From an uncultured Flavobacteriaceae bacterium (GTDB taxonomy: Bacteria > Bacteroidota > Bacteroidia > Flavobacteriales > Flavobacteriaceae): a stretch of 44,824 nucleotides of DNA. Location: contig CALIIP010000017.1 in NCBI GenBank assembly GCA_938018045.1, forward strand, positions 1 through 44,824, written 5' to 3'. The notes beneath the pieces are model-generated. The model saw only the letters and a list, made by a program, of their open reading frames with translations. It had not been told where the DNA came from and did not search any database. Positions within the stretch are counted from its first letter, which is position 1. Each line of letters opens with the position of its first letter. The position numbers and the translations under genes are program-made. This document shows positions 20,861 through 30,156 of the stretch, in pieces.

Positions 20861-20868
20861 TATTTTTG
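20861..20868 (+). promoter_or_regulatory. -7 element (TATTTTTG) for dnaX
   Basis: TAnnTTTG match 22 nt before the ATG. Confidence 0.5.
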
Positions 20869-20890
20869 TTTTTAATAATTCACTTCATTA

Positions 20891-22606
20891 ATGGAACATT
20901 TTATTGTATCAGCACGTAAGTATAGACCTCAAACATTTAACGATGTTATAGGTCAACAAGCGATTACAAATACGCTAGAAAATGCAATAAAAAACAATCA
21001 CCTTGCTCAAGCACTTCTATTTACAGGACCTCGAGGGGTTGGTAAAACAACTTGTGCACGAATTCTTGCTAAGAAAATAAATCAAGATGGAAAAACAGAA
21101 ATAAATCCAGATGAAGATTTTGCCTTTAATATTTTTGAATTAGATGCAGCATCAAACAATTCGGTTGATGATATTCGTAATTTAACCGATCAAGTACGAA
21201 TTCCGCCACAAGTTGGAAAATACAAGGTTTATATTATTGATGAGGTTCACATGCTGTCTCAAGCAGCATTTAATGCTTTCTTAAAGACACTAGAAGAACC
21301 GCCAGCACACGCTATATTTATTTTAGCAACAACAGAAAAACACAAGATAATACCAACAATACTTTCTCGTTGTCAAATTTTTGATTTTAAGAGAATTACT
21401 GTTATTGATGTGAAAAATTATCTAAAAGTAATTGCTGAAAAAGAAGGTGTCAATGCTGATGATGATGCGCTACATATTATTGCTCAAAAAGCAGATGGAG
21501 CAATGCGAGATGCACTTTCTATCTTCGATAGAGTTGTTAGTTTTTCTGGAAAAGAATTAACACGACTAGCAGTTACAGAAAATTTGAATGTTTTAGATTA
21601 CGATGAATATTTTAAAATGACCGAATTATTACTTGCCAATGATATTCCGAAAGTATTAATTCAATTCAATGAAATTCTTTCAAAAGGGTTTGATGGTCAT
21701 CATTTCATAAGCGGTTTAGCGTCCCATTTCAGAGATTTATTGGTCGCAAAAGACACAGCAACTGTTACATTACTTGAAGTTGGTGACAATGCTAAAAAGC
21801 GCTATCTAGAGCAATCACAAAAAGCATCAATGCAATTCCTACTTCAAGGAATTGAAAAAGCAAATGATTGTGATCTAAAATACAAAACCAGTAAAAATCA
21901 ACGATTACTAGTAGAATTAGCAATTATGCAAATTTCCTCTATCACTTTTGATGGAGAAAAAAAAAATGACACTAACTACATAATTCCTGCTAAATTCTTT
22001 GGACACGTTATCGTAGAAGAAAAGATTGATTCAGTTCTAATTACTGAACCAATCATAGCAAAAGAAAACCCAACTACTTACAAAAAAACTGATGAATTGG
22101 TTCTTGAATCAATAAAATTAGAAACTCCAAAATTAAATTCGACAAGAAAACGTTCTTCATCTCTTTCTTTAAAAAGTATAGATCGTCAAAAGGAAATTAA
22201 TGATATAGATGTTGTAGAAATAGTTGATTATAGTAGTATGCCAAAAACTGAATTTACTGATGTTCAAGTTTTAAAAGCATGGAAACAATACGTTGACAAC
22301 CTAATTAAAAATGGCAAAAAGAGTATCGCATCTATTATGAATGCTGACACTCCAAAAGTTAAAGACAATAATATTCATATTGTTTTGCCAAACAAGTTGA
22401 TGCAATCTCAACTGAATAGTCAGAAACCTAGAATATTAAAAGTCATTCGTGAAAAACTCAATAACTTCAGTATTGATTTGATTATTGATGTTAATGAAAT
22501 CCAAGAAAAAAAATACGCATATACTCCTCAAGAAAAGTATGCGAAACTGAAAGAAAAGAATCCTTTTATTGCTGAGTTTAGAAAAAGCTTAGATTTAGAT
22601 ATTTAA
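20891..22606 (+). CDS. dnaX: DNA polymerase III subunit tau/gamma
   Basis: SARKYRPQTF, GPRGVGKTT, ELDAASN, IIDEVHMLS, KTLEEPP, TILSRC. Confidence 0.96.
   Translation: MEHFIVSARKYRPQTFNDVIGQQAITNTLENAIKNNHLAQALLFTGPRGVGKTTCARILAKKINQDGKTEINPDEDFAFNIFELDAASNNSVDDIRNLTDQVRIPPQVGKYKVYIIDEVHMLSQAAFNAFLKTLEEPPAHAIFILATTEKHKIIPTILSRCQIFDFKRITVIDVKNYLKVIAEKEGVNADDDALHIIAQKADGAMRDALSIFDRVVSFSGKELTRLAVTENLNVLDYDEYFKMTELLLANDIPKVLIQFNEILSKGFDGHHFISGLASHFRDLLVAKDTATVTLLEVGDNAKKRYLEQSQKASMQFLLQGIEKANDCDLKYKTSKNQRLLVELAIMQISSITFDGEKKNDTNYIIPAKFFGHVIVEEKIDSVLITEPIIAKENPTTYKKTDELVLESIKLETPKLNSTRKRSSSLSLKSIDRQKEINDIDVVEIVDYSSMPKTEFTDVQVLKAWKQYVDNLIKNGKKSIASIMNADTPKVKDNNIHIVLPNKLMQSQLNSQKPRILKVIREKLNNFSIDLIIDVNEIQEKKYAYTPQEKYAKLKEKNPFIAEFRKSLDLDI
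21957..21969 (+). other. Putative programmed slippage/frameshift site A10-TGA in dnaX
   Basis: GAA AAA AAA AAT GAC in frame; adding one A gives an immediate TGA, removing one A gives TAA after five further codons. Confidence 0.75.
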
Positions 22607-24432
22607 TTTTTCGCTTCAACAACATTTTTTCCTAAATAAATTAAAGAACAATTTTCTTTTGATTCTTCACTCATTTCAAATTCAGGAATAAAATATAAAT
22701 TTTCATCCTTTTTAACAAATAATGGTATTGATTTTAGTTCAGCATATAGTTTAGATTTCATGCTGTCATAGGCTTCTTCACTATCAATTTCAATTTCATA
22801 TATTTTTGGGTTACCTCTAAATGCTTCACTCAAATTTATAAAGTCATCTTTTGGCGAGAAAAACTTCTTTTTATCTTCATTATTACTGTCTTTTATCTCT
22901 TCTGAAGTCGCTAATCTGTATGAACCATGTTCTCCAAAAGATTTAGAAAAATTAGTCATAACATGCTTATTTACAGATTCACTCCCTGTCATTGCAACTA
23001 AATAACCTACATCATTTAATTCTATATTATCAGTTAAATCGTTTTGATAGATATCAATGTTTAAAGCCTCTAAACCTGAGTCCAATGCTTTGTCAATATA
23101 ACTACTATTTGAGTCAATTAAAACAACTCTTTTTCCGTTATTTCTCAAATAATCAGCAATTAATCTAGACGGACTAGATGCTCCAACTATCAATATTCCA
23201 TTTGAACTTTTTAAGAAAACACCAATTAATTTTGCAAATAATCTTGCAGTTGTAGCATTTAATAAAACCGTTCCTAAAACAATCATAAAAACTAATGGCG
23301 TAATATATTCTGCACCTTCTACTCCTTGCTTTATTAATTTACTTCCAAATAAAGAAGCTATTCCTGCTGCAACAATACCTCTTGGTCCAACCCAACTTAT
23401 AAATACTTTTTCATTTAGTTTTAAATTAGATTTATAAGTACTTAAAAAAACTGCAATTGGTCTTATTATAAAAACAACAATCGCAAACAATGCTGCTGTT
23501 TTCCAGGTATAAAGAAGCATTAAGTCTTCAATGTTTATGTTTGCTGCTAATAAAATAAAAAGAATTGAAATCAAAAGAACGCTCAAAGATTCCTTAAAAT
23601 AAAGTAATTCTTTAAGGTTATTCAATTTGCTATTACCAAGTACCATTCCCATAACAACAACTGCTAAAAGGCCTGATTCATGAGCAAATATTTCTGATTC
23701 TACAAAAACCAATAATACAGTTGAAAGCGAGACAACATTTAGTAAATAATGAGGAATCATTTTTTTATTAATCGCATAAGCGAGTGCATGTGCAAACGTA
23801 AAACCAAAACTAGTACCAAATAAAAGTATTTTACCAAACTCCATCAATGCAGTTTTAGTAAATCCTCCTCCACCTCCAACACTTATAAATTCAAAAACCA
23901 ATACGGCAACCAACGCTCCAATTGGATCAATTAAAATACCTTCCCATTTTAAAACGGTTGATATATCTTTTTTTAGTGGGATATTTCTTAAAATTGGTGT
24001 AATAACAGTTGGTCCAGTAACAATAATTAATCCTGAAAAAAGGAATGACAACTCCCAACTTAAATTAAAAATAAGATGTGCAATAATACCTGCACCAAAG
24101 AATGTAACTGCTGATCCTAAGGTAATTAACTTTGTAATTACTGGACCAACATTTTTAATTTCTTCTCTTTTTAATGTCAATCCACCTTCGAAAAGGATAA
24201 TACTAATTGCTAGAGAAACAAAATAATACAAACCATCGCCAGGAAACAAACCTTTTTCTCCATTCCATATTGGTTCTATCCATTTTGTGCCATCTTCACT
24301 TAAAAATTCGGCAGCAATTGGTCCTACTAATAATCCTATTAATATAAGCGGTAAAATTGCAGGTATTTTAAATTTCCATGCAACCCATTGCGCCAATATT
24401 CCTAAGATAATAATTCCAGCTAATTCTAACAT
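22603..24432 (-). CDS. CPA1/NhaP-type cation:proton antiporter with C-terminal RCK (TrkA_N)-like domain
   Basis: ILFEGGL, VTGPTV, WEGILIDP, GPRGIVAA; Rossmann-like ILIVGAS...VVLIDSN. Confidence 0.9.
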   Translation of the reverse strand: MLELAGIIILGILAQWVAWKFKIPAILPLILIGLLVGPIAAEFLSEDGTKWIEPIWNGEKGLFPGDGLYYFVSLAISIILFEGGLTLKREEIKNVGPVITKLITLGSAVTFFGAGIIAHLIFNLSWELSFLFSGLIIVTGPTVITPILRNIPLKKDISTVLKWEGILIDPIGALVAVLVFEFISVGGGGGFTKTALMEFGKILLFGTSFGFTFAHALAYAINKKMIPHYLLNVVSLSTVLLVFVESEIFAHESGLLAVVVMGMVLGNSKLNNLKELLYFKESLSVLLISILFILLAANINIEDLMLLYTWKTAALFAIVVFIIRPIAVFLSTYKSNLKLNEKVFISWVGPRGIVAAGIASLFGSKLIKQGVEGAEYITPLVFMIVLGTVLLNATTARLFAKLIGVFLKSSNGILIVGASSPSRLIADYLRNNGKRVVLIDSNSSYIDKALDSGLEALNIDIYQNDLTDNIELNDVGYLVAMTGSESVNKHVMTNFSKSFGEHGSYRLATSEEIKDSNNEDKKKFFSPKDDFINLSEAFRGNPKIYEIEIDSEEAYDSMKSKLYAELKSIPLFVKKDENLYFIPEFEMSEESKENCSLIYLGKNVVEAKN

Positions 24433-24556
24433 ATTTTTATAATCTGATTATTTAGTAAATTTAAGAATGTTTATGAGTCATAAAAATTAAAACAATAGTT
24501 TTTTTTATTTTAAGTTTGTTATCTTGTGCGTTTATTAAATTTCTCAAATATTTTTT

Positions 24557-25390
24557 TTGCAACAATTTGAAAATATACTTATTGGTATTGCCTTTTCACC
24601 AAGTTTAAAACCAAACTTGTATGAAGCAGTAAGACTAGCCAATATCTTCGATTCACAACTTATAGGTATTCATGTTGGAGATAAAACTCCTGAAAAAGAA
24701 GCACAACTAAAATTAATTCTTGATAATGCTCCAACACTTAAAAATGAATTAAAAATTTTATGGCAAAAAGGAAAACCTGTTGATGTGATATTAGAGACAT
24801 CAAAAAATCAAAATATAGATTTACTTATTTTAGGTGCACTTCAAAAAGAAAAATTACTGAGTTATTATGTTGGTTCAATTGCTAGAAAATTGACTCGAAA
24901 TGCACAATGTTCAGTGCTTTTACTTATAAAACCTTCAATTGAAAGATTACCATGTAAGCACATAGTAACTAATGGGTTAGAAGATATTAAAACTAAAGAA
25001 ACTATAAAAGCATCTTTCTTTGTTTCAAAAAAATTAGGGTGTAAAAAAATTACAATTGTTGAAGAGATTAATCAAAGTGAAGTAGATATAAAAATAAATG
25101 ATGATAGGAGTTTAAGGAAGGCAACAATCATCAAAGAAAGAATAAAACAGCGTGAACAATTTAGAGTAAAAGATATTTTAAGCGAAATTGACACGAAGGG
25201 TATTTCTGTAAATATTCAAAGTATTTTTGGAAAACGTGGTTATTCAATAGGTCATTATGCAAGTGTTGTACGTGCAGACTTATTAATAATGAATGCTCCC
25301 AAAAAATTCAATCTTTGGGATAGGATTTTTCCGCATGATTTAGAATACATTTTATCTGAACTACCAACTGATGTATTAATTGTTAAATAA
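24557..25390 (+). CDS. Universal stress protein (tandem Usp domains)
   Basis: FENILIGIAFS, GKPVDVI...DLLILGA...VGSIARKL...CSVLL; second domain ADLLIM...PTDVLIVK; TTG start. Confidence 0.85.
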   Translation: MQQFENILIGIAFSPSLKPNLYEAVRLANIFDSQLIGIHVGDKTPEKEAQLKLILDNAPTLKNELKILWQKGKPVDVILETSKNQNIDLLILGALQKEKLLSYYVGSIARKLTRNAQCSVLLLIKPSIERLPCKHIVTNGLEDIKTKETIKASFFVSKKLGCKKITIVEEINQSEVDIKINDDRSLRKATIIKERIKQREQFRVKDILSEIDTKGISVNIQSIFGKRGYSIGHYASVVRADLLIMNAPKKFNLWDRIFPHDLEYILSELPTDVLIVK

Positions 25391-25393
25391 TAT

Positions 25394-27598
25394 ATGGTAA
25401 AAGAGAATAAAATAAAAACATTTACAACTGCACTACCAAAAAATATATTTTCTGGGTTTGTAGTCTCTCTTATTGCATTACCATTAGGTTTAGGCTTAGC
25501 AATTGCTTCTGGCGCACCTCCAATTTCAGGAATTATTTCTGCTATTATTGGTGGGATTTTAGTGTCAATTCTTGGAGGATCAAATGTAACTATCACAGGA
25601 CCAGGAAATGGACTCGTTGTTGTTGTTTTATCAGCAATTACAGTTCTTGGAAGTGGTGATATGCAACAAGGCTTTCTTTATACACTCGCAGCAATAGTGA
25701 TTTCAGGCGTTTTAATGGTTATTCTTGGCTTTTTGAGAATGGGAACTTTAGGAGATTATTTCCCTTCATCAGCAATACAAGGAATGCTAGCAGCAATTGG
25801 AATCGGAATTCTAGCCAAACAATTTCATCTAATGCTAGGAAACATAGATGCAAAAGGAAGTATCATAGAGTTGCTTATTCAAATTCCCCAAGGAATAATG
25901 GAACTTTTTTCTTCAAATAGTGAAAGCATACTTTATGCTGGAGGTGTTGGTGTTATTAGCCTTCTTATTATGATTTTTTATAGTAAGATAAGAAATAAAT
26001 TTTTCCAACTGATACCTGCGCCAATGTGGATAGTTGTATTGAGTGTTGGCTTATTTTACTATTTCGAATACTTTTCAAGTTCTCCATATCCTATAGATAG
26101 TACCTTACTTATAAATATTCCAAATGACATTTTTGGAAACCTTGCATCTCCAGATTTTGGTAAAGTTTGGAGTTTTGACTTTATAAATGTTGTTATAGCA
26201 CTTACATTAATTTCAAGTATAGAATCCTTACTTAGTATTAAAGCAGTAGATAAGCTAGATCCTTTAAAAAGAAGATCAAATGTAAATAAAGATCTAAAAG
26301 CCTTAGGATTTGCAACAGTTGTAAGTGGTTTTTTAGGCGGATTAAATGTTGTAACGGTAATTGCAAGGAGTTCTGTTAATGTCAATAATAACGGCTCAAA
26401 TAGATCTGCAAATTTCTTTCATTCAGTATTCTTAATCTTATTTATTTTACTATTTACTTCTGAATTGAGAAAAATACCTTTGCCTGCACTTGCTGCAATA
26501 TTGGTATATACAGGTTATAAATTGGCTTCTCCAGAAAATGTAAAGAAGATTTTTAAAATTGGAAAAGAACAATTAATCATATTCTTTGCGACACTTATAA
26601 TTACAATTTCAACAAGTCTAATAACTGGTATCATTTCTGGAATTATTGTAACACTTATAATTCATTCAATTATCAATAAGAGTTTTTCAATGTTTATTAG
26701 AAATATGTTGAAACCAAATGTGTTGATGTTCAAAGAGAATGAATCTGATAATAATTATTATGTGAGTATCAAAAACTATTGTACGTTTTTAAATTACAAT
26801 AAATTGAAGTCTAAACTTGATCAAATACCTGAAGACAAAGACGTTATAGTCGATTTCTCAATGTGCGATTTTGTTGACCATTCGGTAATGGAAAACATGA
26901 ATAACTATTTAGAAACCTTTAAAAGAAAAGGCGGAAACTTTGAAATTATAGGTTTAGATAACCATGGTACAGATAGTGAACATCCATTTGCACTGAGGAG
27001 ATTAATACCTTTTAAAAATATTTTAAGCAATCAAAATTTTACAAAAAGACAAAATTCTCTTTTAAGCATTAGCAAAGAATTAGATTGGAATTTTACAGCA
27101 AAGCAAACAGAGATTGAAAGTCTTTCTGATTTTGGATATTTTAAGACAAGGAAAATAAAATCAATCACAAATATCCTTTCAAATAGCGATAAATGCAGAA
27201 TATTTGATATAGCATTTTCGGAAGGTGAACTCATTGCAAAACAAGTAATTAGAGCAACAATGTTTTATATAAAACTAGATGATGCTATTCCAGAATTTAC
27301 TTTAGATAAAGAAGGGATTTTTGAATATATATATCATTTTACAAGTTTTGAAGATATTGACTTTGAAGAGTATCCAGATTTTTCAAAACGTTTTTATTTA
27401 GCAGGGAAAGATGAAAATGCAATACGGAAATTGTTTTCTCACAAACTCATTTTATTTTTTGAAAGTAATCCTTATTATCATATTGAATCGAATGAAAAAG
27501 CCTTGCTAATTGTAGGTAAAGAAAGGCTTGCAAGTGTAAAGGAAACTAAATCTCTTGTTGATTTCGGTATGAGGTTGCAGAAAATTATATCTAAATAA
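25394..27598 (+). CDS. SulP/SLC26 anion (possibly bicarbonate) transporter with STAS domain and extra C-terminal domain
   Basis: ALPLGLGLAIASG, ITGPGNG, VIARSSVN, IPLPALAAIL; STAS VDFSMCDFVDHSVME. Confidence 0.88.
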   Translation: MVKENKIKTFTTALPKNIFSGFVVSLIALPLGLGLAIASGAPPISGIISAIIGGILVSILGGSNVTITGPGNGLVVVVLSAITVLGSGDMQQGFLYTLAAIVISGVLMVILGFLRMGTLGDYFPSSAIQGMLAAIGIGILAKQFHLMLGNIDAKGSIIELLIQIPQGIMELFSSNSESILYAGGVGVISLLIMIFYSKIRNKFFQLIPAPMWIVVLSVGLFYYFEYFSSSPYPIDSTLLINIPNDIFGNLASPDFGKVWSFDFINVVIALTLISSIESLLSIKAVDKLDPLKRRSNVNKDLKALGFATVVSGFLGGLNVVTVIARSSVNVNNNGSNRSANFFHSVFLILFILLFTSELRKIPLPALAAILVYTGYKLASPENVKKIFKIGKEQLIIFFATLIITISTSLITGIISGIIVTLIIHSIINKSFSMFIRNMLKPNVLMFKENESDNNYYVSIKNYCTFLNYNKLKSKLDQIPEDKDVIVDFSMCDFVDHSVMENMNNYLETFKRKGGNFEIIGLDNHGTDSEHPFALRRLIPFKNILSNQNFTKRQNSLLSISKELDWNFTAKQTEIESLSDFGYFKTRKIKSITNILSNSDKCRIFDIAFSEGELIAKQVIRATMFYIKLDDAIPEFTLDKEGIFEYIYHFTSFEDIDFEEYPDFSKRFYLAGKDENAIRKLFSHKLILFFESNPYYHIESNEKALLIVGKERLASVKETKSLVDFGMRLQKIISK

Positions 27599-27604
27599 TT
27601 ATTA

Positions 27605-28042
27605 ATGTTTAGCAAAGAAGAATCTACAAAATTGAGAAAAGAGTTTTGGATAAGTTTTGGGAAGTCTTTTCCAAGAAAATGGATTTTGTACAACACAAAG
27701 GTCAAAGGATTCAGTTTTAAGTTTGTTGCTGACAGAAAAAAAGCAATGATTGCTCTCGACTTTGAACACATTGATGAAATTGCTAATGAATTACTTTACG
27801 ACCAAATGCTTTCTCTAAAGAAAATTCTAACTACTGATTATCTTCCAGAAGTAATTTACGACAATGATTATCAGTTAGAAAGTGGTAAGATTATTCATAG
27901 AATTTACGTGCTTCATGAAGAGAAATTTAGTATCCATAATAAAAATACATGGCGAGCATGTTATGAATTCTTTGTAAAAGAAATGAATCAATTCGAACTT
28001 TTCTTTACTGAATATGAAGATATTATAAAACAATCTATATAA
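27605..28042 (+). CDS. DUF4268-family protein
   Basis: MFSKEES..LRKEFWISFG...WILYNTKVKGFSFKF pattern. Confidence 0.7.
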   Translation: MFSKEESTKLRKEFWISFGKSFPRKWILYNTKVKGFSFKFVADRKKAMIALDFEHIDEIANELLYDQMLSLKKILTTDYLPEVIYDNDYQLESGKIIHRIYVLHEEKFSIHNKNTWRACYEFFVKEMNQFELFFTEYEDIIKQSI

Positions 28043-28043
28043 A

Positions 28044-28102
28044 TCCTGCAAGGCAGGAACCTAATTATGAAAATGAATTCCGAATCACTACGCAGAATGA
28101 CA
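28044..28102. repeat. Degenerate REP-like palindromic element
   Basis: Hairpin TCCTGC-AAG-GCAGGA and right end CAGAATGACA shared with the 31584-31646 element. Confidence 0.5.
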
Positions 28103-28108
28103 ACTAAT

Positions 28109-28145
28109 AAAAAAGGCTATTAGTAATAAATACTAATAACCTTTT
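28109..28145 (-). terminator. Intrinsic terminator between convergent genes
   Basis: Minus strand AAAAGGTTATTAGTA-TTTAT-TACTAATAGCCTTTTTT (one G-U pair). Confidence 0.75.
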
Positions 28146-28169
28146 AATTCAAATAATTCTTTCTATTTC

Positions 28170-28508
28170 CTATTTAATAAATTCTATAGAAAAAGGATAG
28201 TTTGGTTCTTGATCATTATTTACTTTGATAGCATTCATTATCGGGAATATAAAGTAAAACACTCCGATTACTACAAATCCTAGCAATCCTAATCCGAAGA
28301 ATAAAATCATCGGTACACAAAGAATTAAATATAAAAACATTGAAATTCTAAAGTTTAATATTGATTTCCCTTGCTCATCCATTTCTGCTACTTTATCTCT
28401 ATTTGTTAGCCAAATTACTAACGGAACGATAAATCCTCCGATTCCTGTTACATAATCTAATAATTGACTTAAATGTGTAAATACGAGTAATTGTTTATTT
28501 TCTTTCAT
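28170..28508 (-). CDS. DUF4870-family small membrane protein
   Basis: THLSQL...GGFIVPLVIWL...DEQGKSILNF...NYPFSI; start moved to ATG 28508 because the longer ORF overlaps a promoter motif. Confidence 0.8.
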   Translation of the reverse strand: MKENKQLLVFTHLSQLLDYVTGIGGFIVPLVIWLTNRDKVAEMDEQGKSILNFRISMFLYLILCVPMILFFGLGLLGFVVIGVFYFIFPIMNAIKVNNDQEPNYPFSIEFIK

Positions 28509-28540
28509 AATTGATATGGTTTTAGTTGGTTGTATACTAA

Positions 28541-28569
28541 TTAGACGAACAAATACCATTTTTGTTACA
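28541..28569 (-). promoter_or_regulatory. ECF-sigma-like promoter TGTAAC-N16-CGTCTAA
   Basis: Exact AAC / CGTC ECF signature with 16-nt spacer, 32 nt upstream of ATG 28508. Confidence 0.7.
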
Positions 28570-28600
28570 GTCATTGGCGTAGCGTGAAAAAAATTGGATG

Positions 28601-28608
28601 TATATTTG
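28601..28608 (+). promoter_or_regulatory. -7 element (TATATTTG) for mnmE
   Basis: TAnnTTTG match inside the extended ORF, favouring the TTG start at 28626. Confidence 0.55.
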
Positions 28609-28625
28609 CACTAAATTCAGTTAAA

Positions 28626-30005
28626 TTGGAATATATAGAAGATACAATTATCGCTTTAGCAACACCTTCAGGAATGGGTGCAATTGCTGTTATTCGTCTT
28701 TCTGGAAATGAAGCAATCAACATTGTTGCAAAACATTTTCAATCAAGATATGGTAATAAGGATTTATCCAACGTAAAATCTCATACAATTCATTTAGGAT
28801 CTATAATCGATGATAATAGAGTAATTGATGAAGTTTTGGTGTCAGTTTTCAAGAACCCTCACTCCTACACTGGTGAAAATGTTGTTGAAATTAATTGTCA
28901 TGGCTCTATTTATATTCAGCAAGAAATCATTCAATTATTCTTACGAAATGGCTGCAGAACAGCAACTAATGGAGAATATACGTTACGTGCATTTACCAAC
29001 GGTAAATTAGACCTTACGCAAGCCGAGGCAGTTGCAGATTTGATAGCATCAGATTCTAAGGCTTCACATCAAATTGCATTACAGCAAATGCGAGGAGGAT
29101 TTTCATCAGAAATTGAATTTTTACGTCAAGAATTGTTAAACTTTGCTAGTTTAATAGAGTTAGAACTAGATTTTTCTGAAGAAGATGTTGAATTTGCGGA
29201 TAGAAAAGAGTTTAAGCGTTTGGTTGATAAACTATCAACAGTTTTAAAACGATTGATTGATTCTTTCGCTATAGGAAATGTATTTAAAAACGGAATTCCT
29301 GTTGCTATTGTTGGCGAACCAAATGTTGGAAAATCAACTTTATTGAATGCTTTGTTGAATGAAGAAAAGGCCATTGTTTCTGATATTGCTGGAACAACTC
29401 GTGATGCAATAGAAGATGAAATTGTGATTGATGGTGTTACTTTCCGCTTTATAGATACTGCAGGAATAAGAGATACGAAAGATGTGATTGAAAACATCGG
29501 AATTAAAAAAACCTATGAAAATATAGAAAAGGCTCAACTTGTATTGTCTTTGATTGATAGTGAAAAAGTTAAAAATGAAGCTATAAATTCTGCATTAGAA
29601 AAAAAATATCCGAATAAAAAAATAGTAACTGTAATCAATAAGATTGATTTACTTACTGATAATCAGATTACAGCGTTAAAGTCTAATAGTCAAGATGCTA
29701 TTTTAATTTCTTCAAAAGAAAAATCAGGAATTACAATGCTAAAAAAACAACTTACAGATTTAGTAAACATTGGAGCATTGAGTAACAATCAAAATATTGT
29801 GAGTAACAGTCGTCATTTTGAAGCGTTGACAAATGCTTTAAAATCAATCAAAGAAGTTGAGAAAGGAATGGATGTTAATATTAGTTCAGACCTTATTGCA
29901 ATTGATATCCGTCAAGCATTATTTCATTTAGGGGAGATTACAGGAGAAGTTACAACTGATGATTTATTGGGTAATATCTTTGCTAATTTTTGTATTGGAA
30001 AATAA
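28626..30005 (+). CDS. mnmE: tRNA modification GTPase MnmE (TrmE)
   Basis: DTIIALATPSG, SYTGENVVEINCHG, GEPNVGKS, GTTRD, DTAG, NKID, C-terminal FCIGK; start approximate. Confidence 0.97.
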   Translation: MEYIEDTIIALATPSGMGAIAVIRLSGNEAINIVAKHFQSRYGNKDLSNVKSHTIHLGSIIDDNRVIDEVLVSVFKNPHSYTGENVVEINCHGSIYIQQEIIQLFLRNGCRTATNGEYTLRAFTNGKLDLTQAEAVADLIASDSKASHQIALQQMRGGFSSEIEFLRQELLNFASLIELELDFSEEDVEFADRKEFKRLVDKLSTVLKRLIDSFAIGNVFKNGIPVAIVGEPNVGKSTLLNALLNEEKAIVSDIAGTTRDAIEDEIVIDGVTFRFIDTAGIRDTKDVIENIGIKKTYENIEKAQLVLSLIDSEKVKNEAINSALEKKYPNKKIVTVINKIDLLTDNQITALKSNSQDAILISSKEKSGITMLKKQLTDLVNIGALSNNQNIVSNSRHFEALTNALKSIKEVEKGMDVNISSDLIAIDIRQALFHLGEITGEVTTDDLLGNIFANFCIGK

Positions 30006-30006
30006 G

Positions 30007-30156
30007 ATGCCGAAAAAAGGAAAGGAAAAAAATACTAAGAATAAAGAAAAGCATCGTAAATTGATGGCGAGAAAGAAAAATAAAGAAAAACAACAAAAAG
30101 AAGAAACAAAACAACGCCTAAAAAACTTAAACCAAAAAATAAATGCACAAAAATAA
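30007..30156 (+). CDS. Small (49 aa) very basic protein
   Basis: ATG 1 nt after the mnmE stop, fills the gap and overlaps the rlmF start; MPKKGKEKNTKNKEKHRKLMARKKNK... Confidence 0.6.
   Translation: MPKKGKEKNTKNKEKHRKLMARKKNKEKQQKEETKQRLKNLNQKINAQK

Noticed and set aside
28508-28626. Longer starts given by the ORF track (28574 minus, 28584 plus)
   Set aside because: The extensions overlap promoter motifs and precede the recognisable family N-termini
29959-30006. N-terminal extension of the small basic ORF
   Set aside because: Overlaps the conserved mnmE C-terminus; ATG 30007 is more plausible
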